The notes below the pieces were generated by a model. That model did not search any database, had not been told where the DNA came from, and saw only the letters and a list, made by a program, of their open reading frames with translations. A DNA stretch of 64,000 nucleotides from the human T2T-CHM13v2.0 reference genome, Homo sapiens. The DNA lies in NCBI RefSeq assembly GCF_009914755.1, contig NC_060930.1. The stretch is one strand, 5' to 3'. Position numbers and translations under genes: made by a program. Of this stretch, positions 1 to 14,879 are shown piece by piece. Position 1 is the stretch's first letter. Every line of letters starts with the position of its first letter.

Positions 1-256
1 TTATTTGGCCTGACTTCACAAAGTACCAAACGGGGAGTGAAGATAAAATGAAGAGACAGAATCCACATATGCATCTCCCAACCTCTGTCCTTTTGAACAG
101 ACACAAGTAACAGAATTTACCAAAAGTATTAAAAACACGACCTTGGAAGCATCCTATCAAAGCCACAACTTCCTTTTCTTTTTATGAACTACTACCATGC
201 AAAATTGCATGGCTACAGCTGGGACATCAAATCATGCTTTAAAAAATTAGTATTGG

Positions 257-561
<305 letters not shown>

Positions 562-2651
562 GTTATTATTGGTATATTAGTAAAAGCCATTCAAAGCTCA
601 AAAACAACAGAATTATTTTCTGAAATTCAAAATCAGTGCCAGATTTAACTACTTTTGCATAATGTTTGCCCCCACAGAACTTTCCATAATAATATTACGT
701 CAACAGCACTCATTTTCTTTTTGGTCTACTTGTTTTACTAAATTAAAAGCCAACAGATACAACAACTCCATACTTTAAACTCCTTTTTTAATACTATTCC
801 GAGTAACTGCCTCCTTGTTTAAATATTACAATTTTCTGACTCAATCAGAACAAAGTATTGCAAGACAAAGGTGCTATTGAAAACTTCTCTTTTTTTGGAG
901 GAGGCTTCATAAAAGCATTCTAGCTTAAAACTGGGATTTCAATGGTCTTAACTGTGAATACCATGTAGCAGAAATGCCACTTGGCATTATATCTAGGGAT
1001 TACCTGTTGAAACACCAAAGACAGGTATACTTTGATGTGGGTTACGCAGGGCCGGGTAAGTAACAAGAAATACAATTATTCTTTCTTTCTATGAATGTGG
1101 CGCTGAAGATTTGATACCATATTTGGAGCACAGATCCATCGTGTGGAGGGATGGGGAAACACAGGAGAGGGGTGCTGAGTGTGACCACATGTCCACAGGC
1201 CTGTCTGAGCTCGCTACAGGTCACACTGCATCATGAAGGACCCTGTACTCCACTTGCTGCAATTTCAATGCAAATAAAGAAAAATATCAACTACTATTTT
1301 ATGAGTAAAGGACGCTGGCAAGATGCAGCCGTGGTTTGTCTTAAGAGTCCTGAAACTCAGTTAAAATACCTGATGATCGCGTTTCATTAAAAACCCCAAG
1401 GAATTTCTTTACACCATGAGCATTCTACAAGTTTCCTACCTCTCTTTAAGACTAAATATTTAAAACTCTTTAGAATTAGCATCATCTATGTGTCACTTGG
1501 CTCTAGGACACATATTCTCGGGGAAGAGCATATCCCCATTTCTATTAGGAGAAAGAATAACAGGATTTCTCCCCTCCTCCTTCATCTTGCAGATTTAGGG
1601 GTTTATCCTAGTATCATGGCTCAGGGGATTCTCACACTTACAACTCCTAATATATCAAAAAAGGAGAAAATCTCTCTTCACTGCTTAATTGTTTTGTCGA
1701 ATAAGCTCTCAAAAGTTCATTTTTGTTACCTTTTTCAGGCAAAATAAGAGGCCTTTTACAAAAATTCTATTGCTAAAACAATGGAATTCTCCCGGGAATG
1801 ACTTCGTTATGGAAATGAAGTGACAGCTTCTTTTATCTAGCCAGGCAGAAAGTCTGCATTTATAAAAGGCATTCAGAGCACTCAAGTGTTGTGTGTGGGA
1901 GGACAGAAAATGCTATTTTTAATTCAGATTGCAGCATTCCTCCCATCCAGGTCTTTCAGTATAATCATAATCATAATAAGACTGATGTAAAAAGAAAAAA
2001 AAAAAAGATTCCCATTCCTGCTGACCCCAGCAGAAAAAGAGAGAAAGAAAGAAAATTAAATAAATGATTAATACAGCTTCCTTCCACTTTTAGACCGTTC
2101 TGTGGGCTTGGAGATCCACCTTCGAGGCAATCAGAGCAGACTATCCATTATCCAAAGTTAAAAGCACTTTAACTCTGCTAGTAACAGCATCACGTCTTCT
2201 CACACAAATTTACATTCTTGTTCGTGTGACTTTCACTCTCCTAAGTTTGCAGGAATCGCCTGTGCCTGCTGGGAAACGCCGTGCAAGTTCCTCCATCTGT
2301 TTCCAAGACTTAACATTCCTTGGTGACAGTGCAATGGACGAGTCCAGCCTGGTGGCAGGGCCATGCTGGGAACTTGATTTCTAATGTCAATCACTGGAAT
2401 GCCCTTCTAGTAAGGAAGAGGTGCCCAAGCTTCTGTTTGAGTTAACACAGACCTTTCCAGGTCAGGTGTAGAATCTGGAGTGATGAATGGAAGGGCTGGA
2501 AAGGAAATGAAGACCAGTGTAGATGTCTCTTTGCAGAAGTTGAACATTAGAGGAAAAAACAGAATAAGATGAAAATGGAATCACAAAGGGTAAAATGACT
2601 GGTTTAAGGCTATATGTGCAGGATTAGAGAAGAGATGGGGTCAAAGGGGTA

Positions 2652-3940
2652 TTTTTTAATGAAGATAAAATTCACATAAAACAAAATTCAGCATTTTAAC
2701 TGTTTTTAAAGTGTGTAAGTCAGTGGCTTTTACTCCATCCACATGTTGAACAACCATCATCACTATCTAATTCCAGAAGATTGTCATCATCCCCCTTATC
2801 CATGAAACAGTCACTCCCTGTCCCCCACTCCTCTCAGCCCCTGGCAAAGACTAATCTACTTTCTGACTCTAAGGAGTTGTCTATTCTGGATGTTGTGTAT
2901 AAACTGAATCATACAATATGTGGCCTTTTGTGTCTGGCTGCTTTCTCTTGGCATAATGTTTTCAAGGCTCATTCATATTGTAACATGTACCAGTACTTCA
3001 TTCTTGTTTTGGTTCAATAATACTCTATTGTAGGCTATACCACATTTTGTTATTTATTCGTCAGTTGATGGACATTTGGGATGATTCCATATTTGGGCTA
3101 CTATGAATCATGCTGCTATGAACATTCATGTACATGTTTTTGTTTGAATACCTGTTTGCAAATCTCTTCAGTGTATACCTAAGAGCAGAACTACTGAGTC
3201 ATATGTTAATTCTGTATTTAGCTATTTGAGGACTTGCCAAATTGTTTTCTATAGTGATTGCACCATACTACATTCCCACCAGCCAGGTAGGAAGATTACC
3301 ATTTTTTCCACAAGCTTGCCAACACTTGTTATTTTCCTTTTTTAAAAAAATTATGGCCATCATAATGGGTGACCATAATAAAGTGGTATCTCATTGTGGT
3401 TTTGATTTGCATTCCCCTAAACACTAATGATGTTGGACATCTTTTCATAAGCTTATTGGCTATTTATATATCTTCTTTGGAGAAATCTCTATCCAATGCC
3501 TTTGTCCATCTTTAAACTGGGTTGTTAGTCTTTTTCTCTTTGAATTGTAAGAGTTCTTTATATATTCCAGAAACTAGACCCTTATGAGATACTGACTTGC
3601 AAATATTTTCTCCCATTCTGTGGGCTGTCTTTTGACTTTCTTGACAGTGCCCTTTGGTTCACAAAGGCTTTGATACTGATGAAGTCCAATGCATCTATTT
3701 TTTTCTTTTGTTGTTTGTGCTTTTGGTGTCACATCTAAGAATCTATTGCCAAATCCATGGTCATGAAGATTTACTCCTGTTTTCATTTAAAAGTTTTATA
3801 GTTTCAGTTCCTACATTTAGGGTATTGATCCATTTTTAGTTCATTTTTGTATATGGTGTGAGGTAAGGGTTCAACTTCTTTCTCTGGCATGTGTCCCAGG
3901 TGACTTTTTCCATTGTCTCAGCACCAATTGTTGAAAAGAG
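2652..3940 (-). mobile_element. Old L1 (L1MB-like) 3' portion
   Basis: Reverse-oriented L1M 3'UTR and ORF2 end; ORF 3574..3786 (-) gives L1 ORF2-like peptide KVKRQPTEWEKIFA. Confidence 0.85.
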
Positions 3941-4540
3941 GTAAGAGAGATTTTGAGTATGAAGTGATTTTAGTCTTTTCTCTTGAAAAAACAAAACTTT
4001 AAAAATATACATTATTTTAAAAATTAATTTTCTGGCTTTTGGTTACACTATGACTGTATTCAGCCACTATTTAAATGTTTTTCCTCATCCCACATTTTAA
4101 AGATGCAGCAAGTTTTCATGAATGATGACCCACCAGAGCCATGATGCTGAGCTTTCAGGGAAGCCAACCACCTCTTGAGGTGGTGCTTTTGCAAGAACTA
4201 ATTTTCAAAAGCAACAGTAGCTTGAAATTGCTGACTTTGGGTTGCATTTGCCTCTGTGTTTGTGCCCCTCTAGTGAACAGCCCCTGTCTTCAGATATCCA
4301 CAGACCTCTGTTCTCTTTCCAAGCCCGACACCCACCCATTAAGATTGGCTCTTTGGAGAAAACTTAATAAACTAATTCATGCCAAATCGTGTATAACCAA
4401 GAGAAATAATAGACTTTTGGCATGATACCTAAGACTCTGTTTATCTTAAGCAAAAAGAATACAGTGTAGGTTGTAGAATTCTGGCTATCATCAATTCAGC
4501 CAATGCAAGGAGTGAAGACTTTTAAATCCCCCTAAAGCAT

Positions 4541-4715
4541 CAGTTCTCCAACTTGGCTACACATTGTGACCACCCAGAGAGATTTAGAAAGTACTAATGT
4601 CTGGGTTCCACCCACAGAGATCCTTACTTAACTGGTCTGGGGTATGGCTCAGGCAATAGAATTTTGGAAAGCTCCCCAAGTGATTCTACTATGCAGCCAA
4701 GGTGGAGAGTCACTG
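4541..4715. mobile_element. MER5-family hAT-Charlie MITE
   Basis: cagttctccaacttggctacacatt ... aagctccccaagtgattctactatgcagccaagg ... cactg resembles MER5A/B. Confidence 0.75.
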
Positions 4716-4874
4716 TCCTGAAGTCATCAGAGGTTGCCACCTACTCCTCCCACAAAGGTGGCTCCTCTTGTCACCTTGCACCACTTGCAAGCAATTAGGG
4801 ATGTACATTTACATGATTTTAAAAGTCTTATGATGTCCGATTAAAACTAACAAAACTTGAATTTCTTGTATCAG

Positions 4875-5045
4875 TTATCATTCACTCTTCTCAACAACCG
4901 TGTGAAAGTAAGTTTATTGTTCCCATATGACACACGAGGAAACAAACTCTGAGAGATTAATTAAGCGACAGCCCTAGATCACAGAACTTGGAAGTGGCAG
5001 AAAATTGATTTTAATACAATTGTTTCAACCCCACAGTCTGTATCA
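4875..5045 (-). mobile_element. MIR fragment
   Basis: Antisense MIR core (cccat..gaggaaac..gagagattaa..tcacagaac..aagtggcaga). Confidence 0.7.
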
Positions 5046-5769
5046 TTATAATCTCCCAGTAATTTCAAAAGGGCCAACCACTGTGAGTGTGGGCATGTAA
5101 TTTGGTTGCATCTTCAATGTGGCACCCATCTTGTGGAATGGGACGAGGGGATAACAACTCGCTGAAGAGAATAGCAGGCACTACCTCTGTCGGTTACTAT
5201 TTACCTTTCTTTCTCTATATTGTATGCATGTGGGTGTGTGAGTGTACATAAGTGTATGTCCACCTAAGGAAAGTGGACCTCAAGGGTATATCTGAATTGA
5301 GAAACATATGGCCCAACTACAAGAAGGTACCTGGGTAGGGTTTTCAGAGATGTAGTAATTCTTTCCAAGATGTGATAAGACTGGTAAAAGGTCATGAAAT
5401 ATCTTCATTATGATAAAAAAAAAAAAAAAAAAAAAACATTGAGGAAACTACCAATTCATTCATTTATGGATTCATCTAATGCCCATATATAGATTACAAA
5501 GCTTAATCAGTAGTGAGTGACAAGACTGAAGAATATCAGGCAAAAATCTCCCATACTTAAATATTCAGGTTCTTATAATAGACAAGACACAATTTCCACA
5601 TAATATCATCTTGTCTGCCAATGCATGGGGCACATTAACTAGCCTTGACACAATAGTAGAACAAATCAGAATTGGTAAAATGTATTATTAATGATGGTAG
5701 AAATTGGGAAGTGAGTTTCATGTCACTTTTTTCTCTTATTTTAAACTGGTGCACTCAAATGTGTAGGTT

Positions 5770-5832
5770 TGTGCATGTGCGTGAGTGTGCACATATGCAC
5801 GCATGCACACATGCATACACACAATCACACAC
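5770..5832. repeat. (TG)/(CA) alternating purine-pyrimidine low-complexity tract
   Basis: tgtgcatgtgcgtgagtgtgcacatatgcacgcatgcacacatgcatacacac. Confidence 0.7.
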
Positions 5833-5974
5833 AAGGCTTGAGTGAAGACTCCATTTCAGTTCTGCCATTGTTCACAGGCCTAACAACTTACTTTTCCTTA
5901 AAACAAGGAAAGGAGGGTTGTCATGTTATTATTCTGTTTCCATTATTATGCCATAAGGAAACTGGAAGAATTCT

Positions 5975-6661
5975 TTATTTTTAAAATATTTTTAAATTTT
6001 ACTTTAAGTTCTGGGATACATGTGCAGAACATGCAGGTTTGTTACATAGGTATACATGTGCCATGGTGGTTTGCTGCACCTATCAACCCATCATCTAGGT
6101 TTTAAGCCCCTCATGCATTAGGTATTTGTCCTAATTCTCTCCCTCCCCTTGCCCCCCACTCACCGATAGGCCCTGGTGTGTGATGTTCCCCTCCCTGTGT
6201 CCATGTGTTCTCATTATTCAACTCCTACTATGAGTGAGAACATGCGGTGTTTGGTTTTCTGTTCCTGTGTTAGTTTGCTGAGAATGAGGCTTCCAGCTTC
6301 ATCCATGTCCCTGTAAAGGACATGAGCTCATTCTTTTTTATGGCTGCATAGTATTCCATGGTGTATATTTACCACATTTTCTTTATCCAGTCTATCATTG
6401 ATGGGCATTTGGGTTGGTTTCCAGTCTTTACTATTGTAAATACTGCTGCAGTAAACATATGTGTGCATGTGTCTTTATAACAGAATGATTTATAATCCTT
6501 TGGGTATATAACCAGTAACGGGATTGCTGGGTCAAATGGTATTTCTGGTTCTAGATCCTTGAGGAATCGCCACACTGTCTTCCACAATGGTTGAACTAAT
6601 TTACAGTCCCCCAACAGCATAAAAGCATTCCTATTTCTCCACAGCCTCGCCAGCATCTATT
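5975..6661 (-). mobile_element. 5'-truncated L1PA (L1PA7/8-like) with perfect 19-bp TSD
   Basis: L1PA 3'UTR plus ORF2 C-terminus (ORF 6369..6656); TSD aggaaactggaagaattct at 5956-5974 and 6662-6680. Confidence 0.93.
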
Positions 6662-7979
6662 AGGAAACTGGAAGAATTCTATACAATAGATTTAGGAGCT
6701 GCAAAGGAGTAAGGATTTGCTGAAGATTTTCTTAGGCAAGTATTAGAAGTTGGTTAGATGAGAAAAGTTTTCACAAGTGGGAGTTGTACCTCCTTGTCTC
6801 CTAATTGTAGTGAATCTGTCAACTTTCTTTTCAGTGTATCAAGACTTTACTCTTCAAAATCATTCTCAGTATGCTCTGAATTGCTATACTTTTAAGTTAA
6901 CTACTTCTCAAAGTGCTGTTTAAAAACTGACATCTTCAACCACATTTCAGGCTTAGAATCTATCTAAATTTGCAAAGTTTCATTGGTTCTTATGAAAGTG
7001 CTACTTAAAAAAATACACTTGACAGCCAATCTCTTGAAAATGATTTGTGCAGAAATTGTGTTCAAATTACTTTATATCAAGACATTTAAGAGAAAATGTG
7101 GTTTTCTTTGTAATAGGCTAAAAATAATGATATCCTTTATCTTCAACTGAACATGTACATATGCTGTATAAGCTGTTGCATTTAAACAAATTGAAAAACA
7201 GTAGGATTCTGGCTATAGACCGTAAAGAAACAAAACTTGCCCAGAATATCATTTTAAGCATTAAAAAATACAATTAACTGCTATTTCCCACAAAGTTCAA
7301 TCCTACATACAGAATCGGAATTGTCAACCAGGTCCAAAGCATCAAATTATAAAACCTGATGTCTCAGAAATAGACAAGAAAACTCAGAAAAAATAATTAT
7401 TACAGTCCAATCGCACACAAAGAAAAGTGAGAATAAAAGGCAAGTTATATAGTTTATATTTCTACAAATTCCTTTTGAGTTACTGGGCAACATTCTATTT
7501 AAGTGGACCCTTATGACAGTAGTATAATGAAAATATCCCTAAGTCATAGCCCTAAAACAATTCCCACTGAACATTTCATTGAATGCTTAGTATGTGCAAA
7601 GTACTGTGAGGTGAGGTTCAGAAATGGAGAAAGAAGGTTTATTGCTTTGAATGCAGAATATTGATTTTTAAAACACTAAGCTAATCGTCACCAACTATAA
7701 TAATTTTTTATGATTCCTCATTGCCAACAGCAATGATTTTCAAATGTGTTTTTTAAAAGCCAGAACTCTGCCTTCAAACAAAATCTTATATAGAAATCTA
7801 ATACACAAGATAAATAAAATTGAGGCTACTTACACTATCTAGTTTTATCGGTTCCTCCTACTCCTCATCCATCACCACCAAGTACTTCTGAAGGCAGCCC
7901 CACAGAGGTTCACAGGGCAGAGGTTGGGAGACTGAGAAATCCTCAGGCTACTGGAGAATGTGGTCTGACCTCCACCGAG

Positions 7980-8420
7980 CTGAGGAGTCTGTACTCCTTA
8001 ACATGGCCTATGAGACCCTCTATGGTTTGCTCCTGGCCTCATGACAAGTTACCACCAATGGAGTACTGACTGTTCCCTGCACACACTGCACCATGCTGTT
8101 TGTTCCCTGTGCTTTGTCCATGCTGTCCCTTGGCAGGTGATCTCTTTATGTCCATCTTCTCTTTGACAGATGCCAAGACACCCCACAACTCTGCACAGCT
8201 GGACACAGTCTTAACTCCACATACACATTCATTTTTGGCTCACCACGCTGGCTGGTAATTATTGTTCATATGGCTTTCACTTAAACTAACCTCAGAGTAA
8301 CACAAGCACAGAAAATGTATTCATAGTTATATTCCAGCTTGGAACACAGATGTTGACCTAACAGTGGCTTCATAAATATTTGTTGAATGAATGAATAAAG
8401 ATGGATGGGTGAGTGGATGA
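7980..8420 (+). mobile_element. L2 fragments including 3' end
   Basis: ataaatatttgttgaatgaatgaataaa is the L2 terminus. Confidence 0.6.
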
Positions 8421-8494
8421 CATGACAATATACTTTCATCAAACTAGGGAAAAATATTTATGTAAATATACATATATATTACATATATACTTCT

Positions 8495-8643
8495 AAAAAT
8501 TGTGGTAAACTACACAAATATAAAATGTACCATCTTAAACATTTTTAACTATACAGTCAGTGGCATTAAGTACGTTCACAATGATGCACAACCATTACCA
8601 CCATCCACCCCCCAAACTCTTCATTTTGCAAAACTGAAACTTT
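8495..8643 (-). mobile_element. L1MB 3' end fragment
   Basis: attgtggtaaac..accatcttaaacatttt..cagtggcattaagtacgttcaca. Confidence 0.75.
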
Positions 8644-10904
8644 TTAACATACGTACATTTAAAAAATTCTTAAAAATGTAATTGAATGATCTAGGGTGTG
8701 GGGTACCCAGGTTCTTCACTTCCCCCTTGCCCCCACCTGCTATATATCTTGTGCCTTTCAGCCCCACTTAGGGCATCTTTAGCAAGAAATGTGGTAAATG
8801 TGGTTGAGACATGTGGTCAATGAAACTCCTGCCTACTAGCTTAGCTACTAGCTAGCAGTTTGGGCTGCTCAAAATGAATTTCCTGGATAATTTTCCTAAG
8901 CCCTCACTGACTCCTACTCGCATGTATTGCTAGGAGCCAGCTTTCACTCCTGGGACTGGTTTGGGCTTCCAGAAAGCATGCCTTGTAAAGAACAGGGCCT
9001 GTGTGTCAAACAGCCTGTATACAACACACATAGCTTATATATGACAACCATGTGATTTTTGTCATTTTAACATTTCTGAACTCAGGACTTATTTTATATA
9101 TGATTGGTACATAAAAGAGTGGTAGCACCCCCACCCCCAGAAACTAATCATTTAATCTACAGTGCATATTATCATCAGTGACACTACAGAAATCAAAGAA
9201 AACTGGTATCTATTTCATATTTGCACAGAATCGTTTTTAATTTTAAATGTTTTTCATATAATGATCACATTGCCAATCTCACACTTGGAGAAGCAAAAAG
9301 CAAAGAAGGAAAAGGACTTGAAAAGGGTGACAAGTCACTCAGGTGAATGGGATGAGGCCAGGAGGTGACCAGGCCTGGATCTGACGTGAACTGCTCCCCA
9401 CAAAGACCTCTCCACGGCGCTCAGCCTCAGACTCCCCTCATGTGTAAAATAACACAGGGGAAATGAAAATTAAACCAGTGTTAAGCTGTTCCTGACGTGC
9501 TTCCTGCACCAACATTCAACCAGCTCTCTGACCTTCTTACGAGGCTCAGGAGTCCTCCTGGGGGAAAGAGCTGCAACACCTGCTATTCTACTTTGCATGG
9601 TTGGTTCAGGCTCTAGAAAATAGCAAGAGCCCACCTCCTCCTCCTCCTGCAATCAGCTCTCCTGTTTCCTTTTTTTTTTTTTTTTTAGCTTTAGCTCTAC
9701 TTCTATTTTCCAACTGGGATCATGGCTACTGCCTTCTACTACTCAGCAGCTAATTACACACACCCTCCGAGGAACGTAGGCCACTGAGTGAGGGGCCCAA
9801 ACTCAGCTGGACACAATCCCTGCTTATCCCTCTCAGCTGTGGTCAGCTGGACACCTAGGCACACATGGGGAAGCCACTCAGTCCTTGCCTGAAAGAAGAA
9901 AACATACCGGCAGCCCAAATCTCAACCTTCTTCACTAACAGGCAAGCTTACCATGTGTTGAATTTAACCAGCCAGCACCAAACCATCAGACTTTCTGTTA
10001 CTCAGAAATAAGTAAACAGTATGAAAAAGGTCCCTTATTAGGTGGGCTCAGGGTGCTGGTATCAGGACTATTTTTGCATATTCTATCATTAGGTCAGGCT
10101 GACATCCCAAACCTTAAAAAGTTAATAAGGGAAAGAACGCATAAACGCATATAAGCTTTATATGGAAGGTTAAGTGCACTGGCAGCCTACTAAAATAGAA
10201 AGTTAAATACAGCAATGAGATTTTGAAATTTCCCCTTGCAATAAAAAAGAAGGGGCCTTAATAGGAACACAAGCCAGGCTTGCTGGAAAAGCAGTCTTTG
10301 TTCCTTAAAACAACCTGCAATTGACTACTTATGGAGGACTTAAATTTCCGGAAATATTGTACCATCACTGACCCGTGTACACGGTTATGAGGCTCCGATA
10401 ACAATAGCACTCTCAGGGAGAACCGACAGTTTAACGAAAGCAAATTAGGGTCTCAGTAATAAGATGACTGAGAACATAAACTACTATGCGTCTATCTTTT
10501 AAACACTTAAGTAATTTTAGTGTTGCTTCACTTGCCAGAGTAAATGAGTTATAAAAACCTCTGCTTTCTCATAAAAGCCTCCATATACCCAACGAATGGC
10601 GAATGATGTTACAATAAGCAGCACGTGTCCCATTTCCTCCCATAAGGAATAATCCTCTTTTTGTGATTCTCCTTTTCACTTCATCTGGAGGGCAGTGTCT
10701 TCCCTCCTAGAAGAGAGGCCCAGGCTGAGAGCATCATGGTTTTGGCAGGGAACTCAGAAAATCTTGGCATCAGGGCTTACTATAAGCTGAGTTAAACAGG
10801 AATGGAAGATCATTGGAAGCCCTGGAAAAATAGAAAATATTTCTAGGGTAGCACAGAAGTTTGGCCTTTTCGCTGGTGATTTATTTCCATTTGTTCACAT
10901 GATG

Positions 10905-10976
10905 TGACTCATCATTTGGGTGACATGGAGCAGGCAGCATCGTTTCAAGTTCATCATTTTATTAAGCAATGAGTCA
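10905..10976. promoter_or_regulatory. Pair of consensus AP-1 sites (candidate enhancer)
   Basis: TGACTCA 10905-10911 and TGAGTCA 10970-10976 in non-repeat DNA. Confidence 0.35.
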
Positions 10977-11604
10977 AATGAAGAAAGTGGTTTAAGGGAA
11001 ATGGTCATTTTCTAATGATTTTTCTCTAGTATGATTTTATTTAATAGTTTTACATAAGCAAAGCTGATGTCTCCTCTGACCTCCCCCTTTTAAAATTTCC
11101 AGAAAATAAGACATTCTGATGGAGATCAGGCCACAAGACAGTAGTTCAGAAAAGGGTAATTTTTGTTTTAATTTTTCTCCTCACTCCCTATGTAATTGGT
11201 GGCCAGGATATTGAAATTCTCTGGAAAACACAGAATCCATTTACATGATGAATTCAATGATATATTATAATGTCTTGTTCAGAAGTGTTAGGAGAATTGA
11301 TGAGTTAATGTTGGTAAATCACTCTGCAATTCCCAGGTCAAAGATGTGAAATGAACATTATCATTATTTGTTTCAGTGGAGGCTCACTGGCAAAATGTGG
11401 TCTAGTGGGCCTGATTAGGAAACAAAAGCTTATAACTTTGCAGCAAGAGGGGAAAACATTTTTTCAGTACTACCTTTTACCTAATTCTCTTCTACCCTAA
11501 GGGAGTAAAGGGCATGCCAATGATTATTGATAACATCATTCAACGCCATGTAATGAGTTGACACCACTGAAATAAACCAAAGGATGTAGGGATGTATGTA
11601 CAGC

Positions 11605-11648
11605 TGGATGGATGAATGGACAGATGGATGGATGGACAGACAAATGGC
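11605..11648. repeat. (GGAT)n-like simple repeat
   Basis: ggatggatgaatggacagatggatggatggacagac. Confidence 0.7.
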
Positions 11649-12669
11649 CGGTGACCAAAATACATATACTCCTCCGTGTTATATATTAAGGCTGCTTTTT
11701 TAGAACACTGTCCTTCTTACCCAAATTATCACTGTAGAAGCAGATCATCATGCTTTAAGCCTTAGAATATGATGGATTTCAATTACTGCATCATATCTGT
11801 GAGATTTTTGGTTAGGAACTTTTAATATGAATTTGTCCAATTTTTTCAGTAATGCAAAACTTTTTGGTTTAATATCTGTTGTTATTCCTACCCTTGTCAG
11901 CCAAACTCATAAAATAAAGATTTTCTAATATATGGTATTTAGAAATTCTCTGCACTATAGAAGGTGTTTGAAGTTAATGAATAAATAAATGGATAAATAG
12001 ATGGGTAAGTGGCATCATCCAGCCACAGCACTGCAATGTCCGAAGGAACTCTGAAACGTTCCTCATGCCTCTAGGAAAGACTGACCTTTGAATACGCCAG
12101 ACAAGTATTTTTCTTAGCAAACATTTATGAGCAATGGGCTCAATCACTATATTAGTGTTTAAGGGCTTTTCCTGTATAGAAGCTCTTTCTTTGACTGAAG
12201 TCTCCAAAGCCAAATTTACAATTATTATGTATGCCTGAATAAAAGGTAATATAATATAAGGTAATTTTTCTCCAAAGAAAGCCCTCAGAAAAGCCTAAGT
12301 ACCCTTAATTTTTGAGTTCTTACAAAGTTTATTGTATCTATTGGTCTCTTAAATAAAGTAGTCTTTATGGAAGACATATTACCTTAAAACTACCTTGATA
12401 AATGCTAGTTTGGCATGTTTATATAACAGCCACCTAACAGAACTGTTTTTCCTTTTGTTTTTTAATGGAAGAAAACAAATTTGACTAGTAATTATTCTTG
12501 GAAGTATGACTTTCCTAGTTGCAAGCACTGGATGTCACTATAAATAAAAAAGCATTTTAAAGATTACTTTTAAAAGCAACACAGTAAGTGGTTAAGTTGC
12601 AGAGTTCATCAAAATACACTCACAGGAAGAATGAAGAAAAACATCTCTTAATAATATGGTTTAGGATAT

Positions 12670-12800
12670 TGTGACAATAATGGTCCCCAATGTAGGATGC
12701 CTCCCTATAGCCATGCTCACATTAACTGTGGGCTTGGCTATATGTCTTTTTTTGGCCAATGGGGTCTCAACAAATGTAACCAACGAATATAGGAATGGGC
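12670..12800 (+). mobile_element. MLT1 (MaLR LTR) fragment
   Basis: tgggcttggctatatgtctttttttggccaatggg resembles an MLT1 LTR 5' part. Confidence 0.5.
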
Positions 12801-13247
12801 ACTTGCGGCTTAGGATGAAATTTCTGGTAATAGCATCAAACACAGAGTAGATGAACGTCAAGATGATGTGCTTTGGAAAACGATACTACATGACCTGCCA
12901 TGTAGTTCAAAACGTGAGGAAGATACTGATATAGTAGATAAAAGTTGTAAGTAAAATTATTTCATATAATATGAAAGTGGAAGAAAGCAGTATGTCTAAA
13001 TTAATGTATATATTATTTAAAATGTCTTTGAGATTAAATAATTTAAGCACAAATCTGATGGTTTAATAGAAATCTCTAAATCCTTAAATGCTTATAGACA
13101 AACTGGCCAAAAAATTCATTGAAAGGATAAAGGATGGCATAAATATGAACTTCTATGGTATAATGCAGGCCCAGACTTCTTGAGCTGCAGGCCTGAAGAC
13201 TCAACTGTCTATCTGAAATATCCCCTAAAAAAAGGTCTCAAACCTCC

Positions 13248-13892
13248 AACCTATTAGGATGGCTACTATCAAATACATTTTTTTAACCAGAAAATAACAA
13301 CTGTTGGTGAGGACATAGAGAAACTGGAACCCTTGTGCACTGTTGGTAGAAATGCAAAGTGGTGCAGCCACTGTGGAAAACGATACAGCAGTTCATAAAA
13401 AATTTAAAAATAGAATTGCCACGTGATCCAGCAATTCCATTTCCAGGTATATACCCAAAAGAACTGAAAGGAGAACCTCAAATTTGTACACCCACATTCA
13501 TAGCAGCATTATTCACAGTAACCAAAAGGTGGAAACAACCCAAGTGTTTATGGACAGATGAATGAATAAACAAAATGTGATATATACAAGAGTGGAATAT
13601 TCATCAGCCTTAAAAAAAGAAATTCTGACACATGTTACAACATGGATGACCTTGAGGACATTATGCTAAACAAAAAGTCACAAAAGGACAAACCCTGTGT
13701 GATTCTACTCATAGGAGGTCCCTAGAGCAGTCAAATTCATAGAGGCAGAAAGTAGAATGGTGATTACCAGGAGGGAGGGGGAAGGGGGAAGGGGGAATTT
13801 ATTGTCTAATGGGTACAGAGTTTTGCAAGACACAAACAGCTGAGACTGGATGCACAACGAGAATATACTGGATACTATCAGGCTGTATCTTG
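13248..13892 (+). mobile_element. L1MB 3' fragment
   Basis: ORF 13359..13565 is ORF2-like (VQPLWKT..PAIP..GIYPKE); L1MB 3'UTR follows. Confidence 0.88.
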
Positions 13893-14879
13893 AACCCAGC
13901 TACCTCTCTCTGATGCCACTGCCACCATTCAAGCCCAAGCCACTGTCATTTTCTATCCTGTCAACTACAGGTTTCTTACCTGGCCTCCCTGTTTTTCTTG
14001 CCATCCTTTTAATGTCACAGTAAAAAGTGTCATGAAAATAGCAAAGCAGGGTAAGAAGACCGGCATACTATGTTAGATAGGATGGACAAGGAAGGCCTCT
14101 TGGAGGTGACATTTGTGCACTCATTCAGGTCATTTTTCCATTCAAAAGCATTCGATAGCTCATTCTGACTGTCCTATTTATGGTAATTCTGTAGCCATTC
14201 AGGACTGAAACTCTGACAGCCCCTGGACACCTTCTGATCCTTCTCTCTCTGTATCGCATCTAGTCTCTATTTTCCCCATTGCTAAGAGTAATCATGCTAT
14301 CTGTCCTATCTACTACTCCTTCTCTTGGAATGGGCTGTCACTCCCCACTCCCGTCTATCCTACATATACATGCCAGATGAATCTTTCTAAACTGCAGTTT
14401 CAATCTTCTTTCTCGTTTCAAAATCTCTTGTTGCTGGTTCCTCTTCGCTTCCTGAATTAAGTCCAGAGTTTCCATCCCAGACTGTCTGACAGTCTACAAT
14501 ATGGCTTCCACTTACCTTCCCAACTGTTATCTCCCACTTTTCCCCATCACAGGCATACGGGTGGCCCCTTGTTCCAGAACGTACTCTTCACTTTCCAGAA
14601 TCTGCGTCTCTGGTCTCAATGGCCCTCGCACGCCTCCCCGCAATCCCTGTTGCAAACTAAAATCCCATTCCCAAATCACCTTCTCTGTGGAAATTGGCCT
14701 GATCTTCCCAATCAGAAGTGATCACTTCTATCTTTAACCCTCTGAAGCGTGTTTTTACTTTTATATACAGTTTATCACCTTCTGTCTTATGCCATACTTA
14801 TTTGTATACTTCTCCTAGTTCCTTTTCAGATCATAGGATTTTTGAAAATCAAATATGGCTTCTGTCTTCTGCATCACCT

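Noticed and set aside
13773-13795. G-quadruplex motif (another near 54686-54710)
   Set aside because: Ordinary G-rich tracts of L1 3'UTRs.
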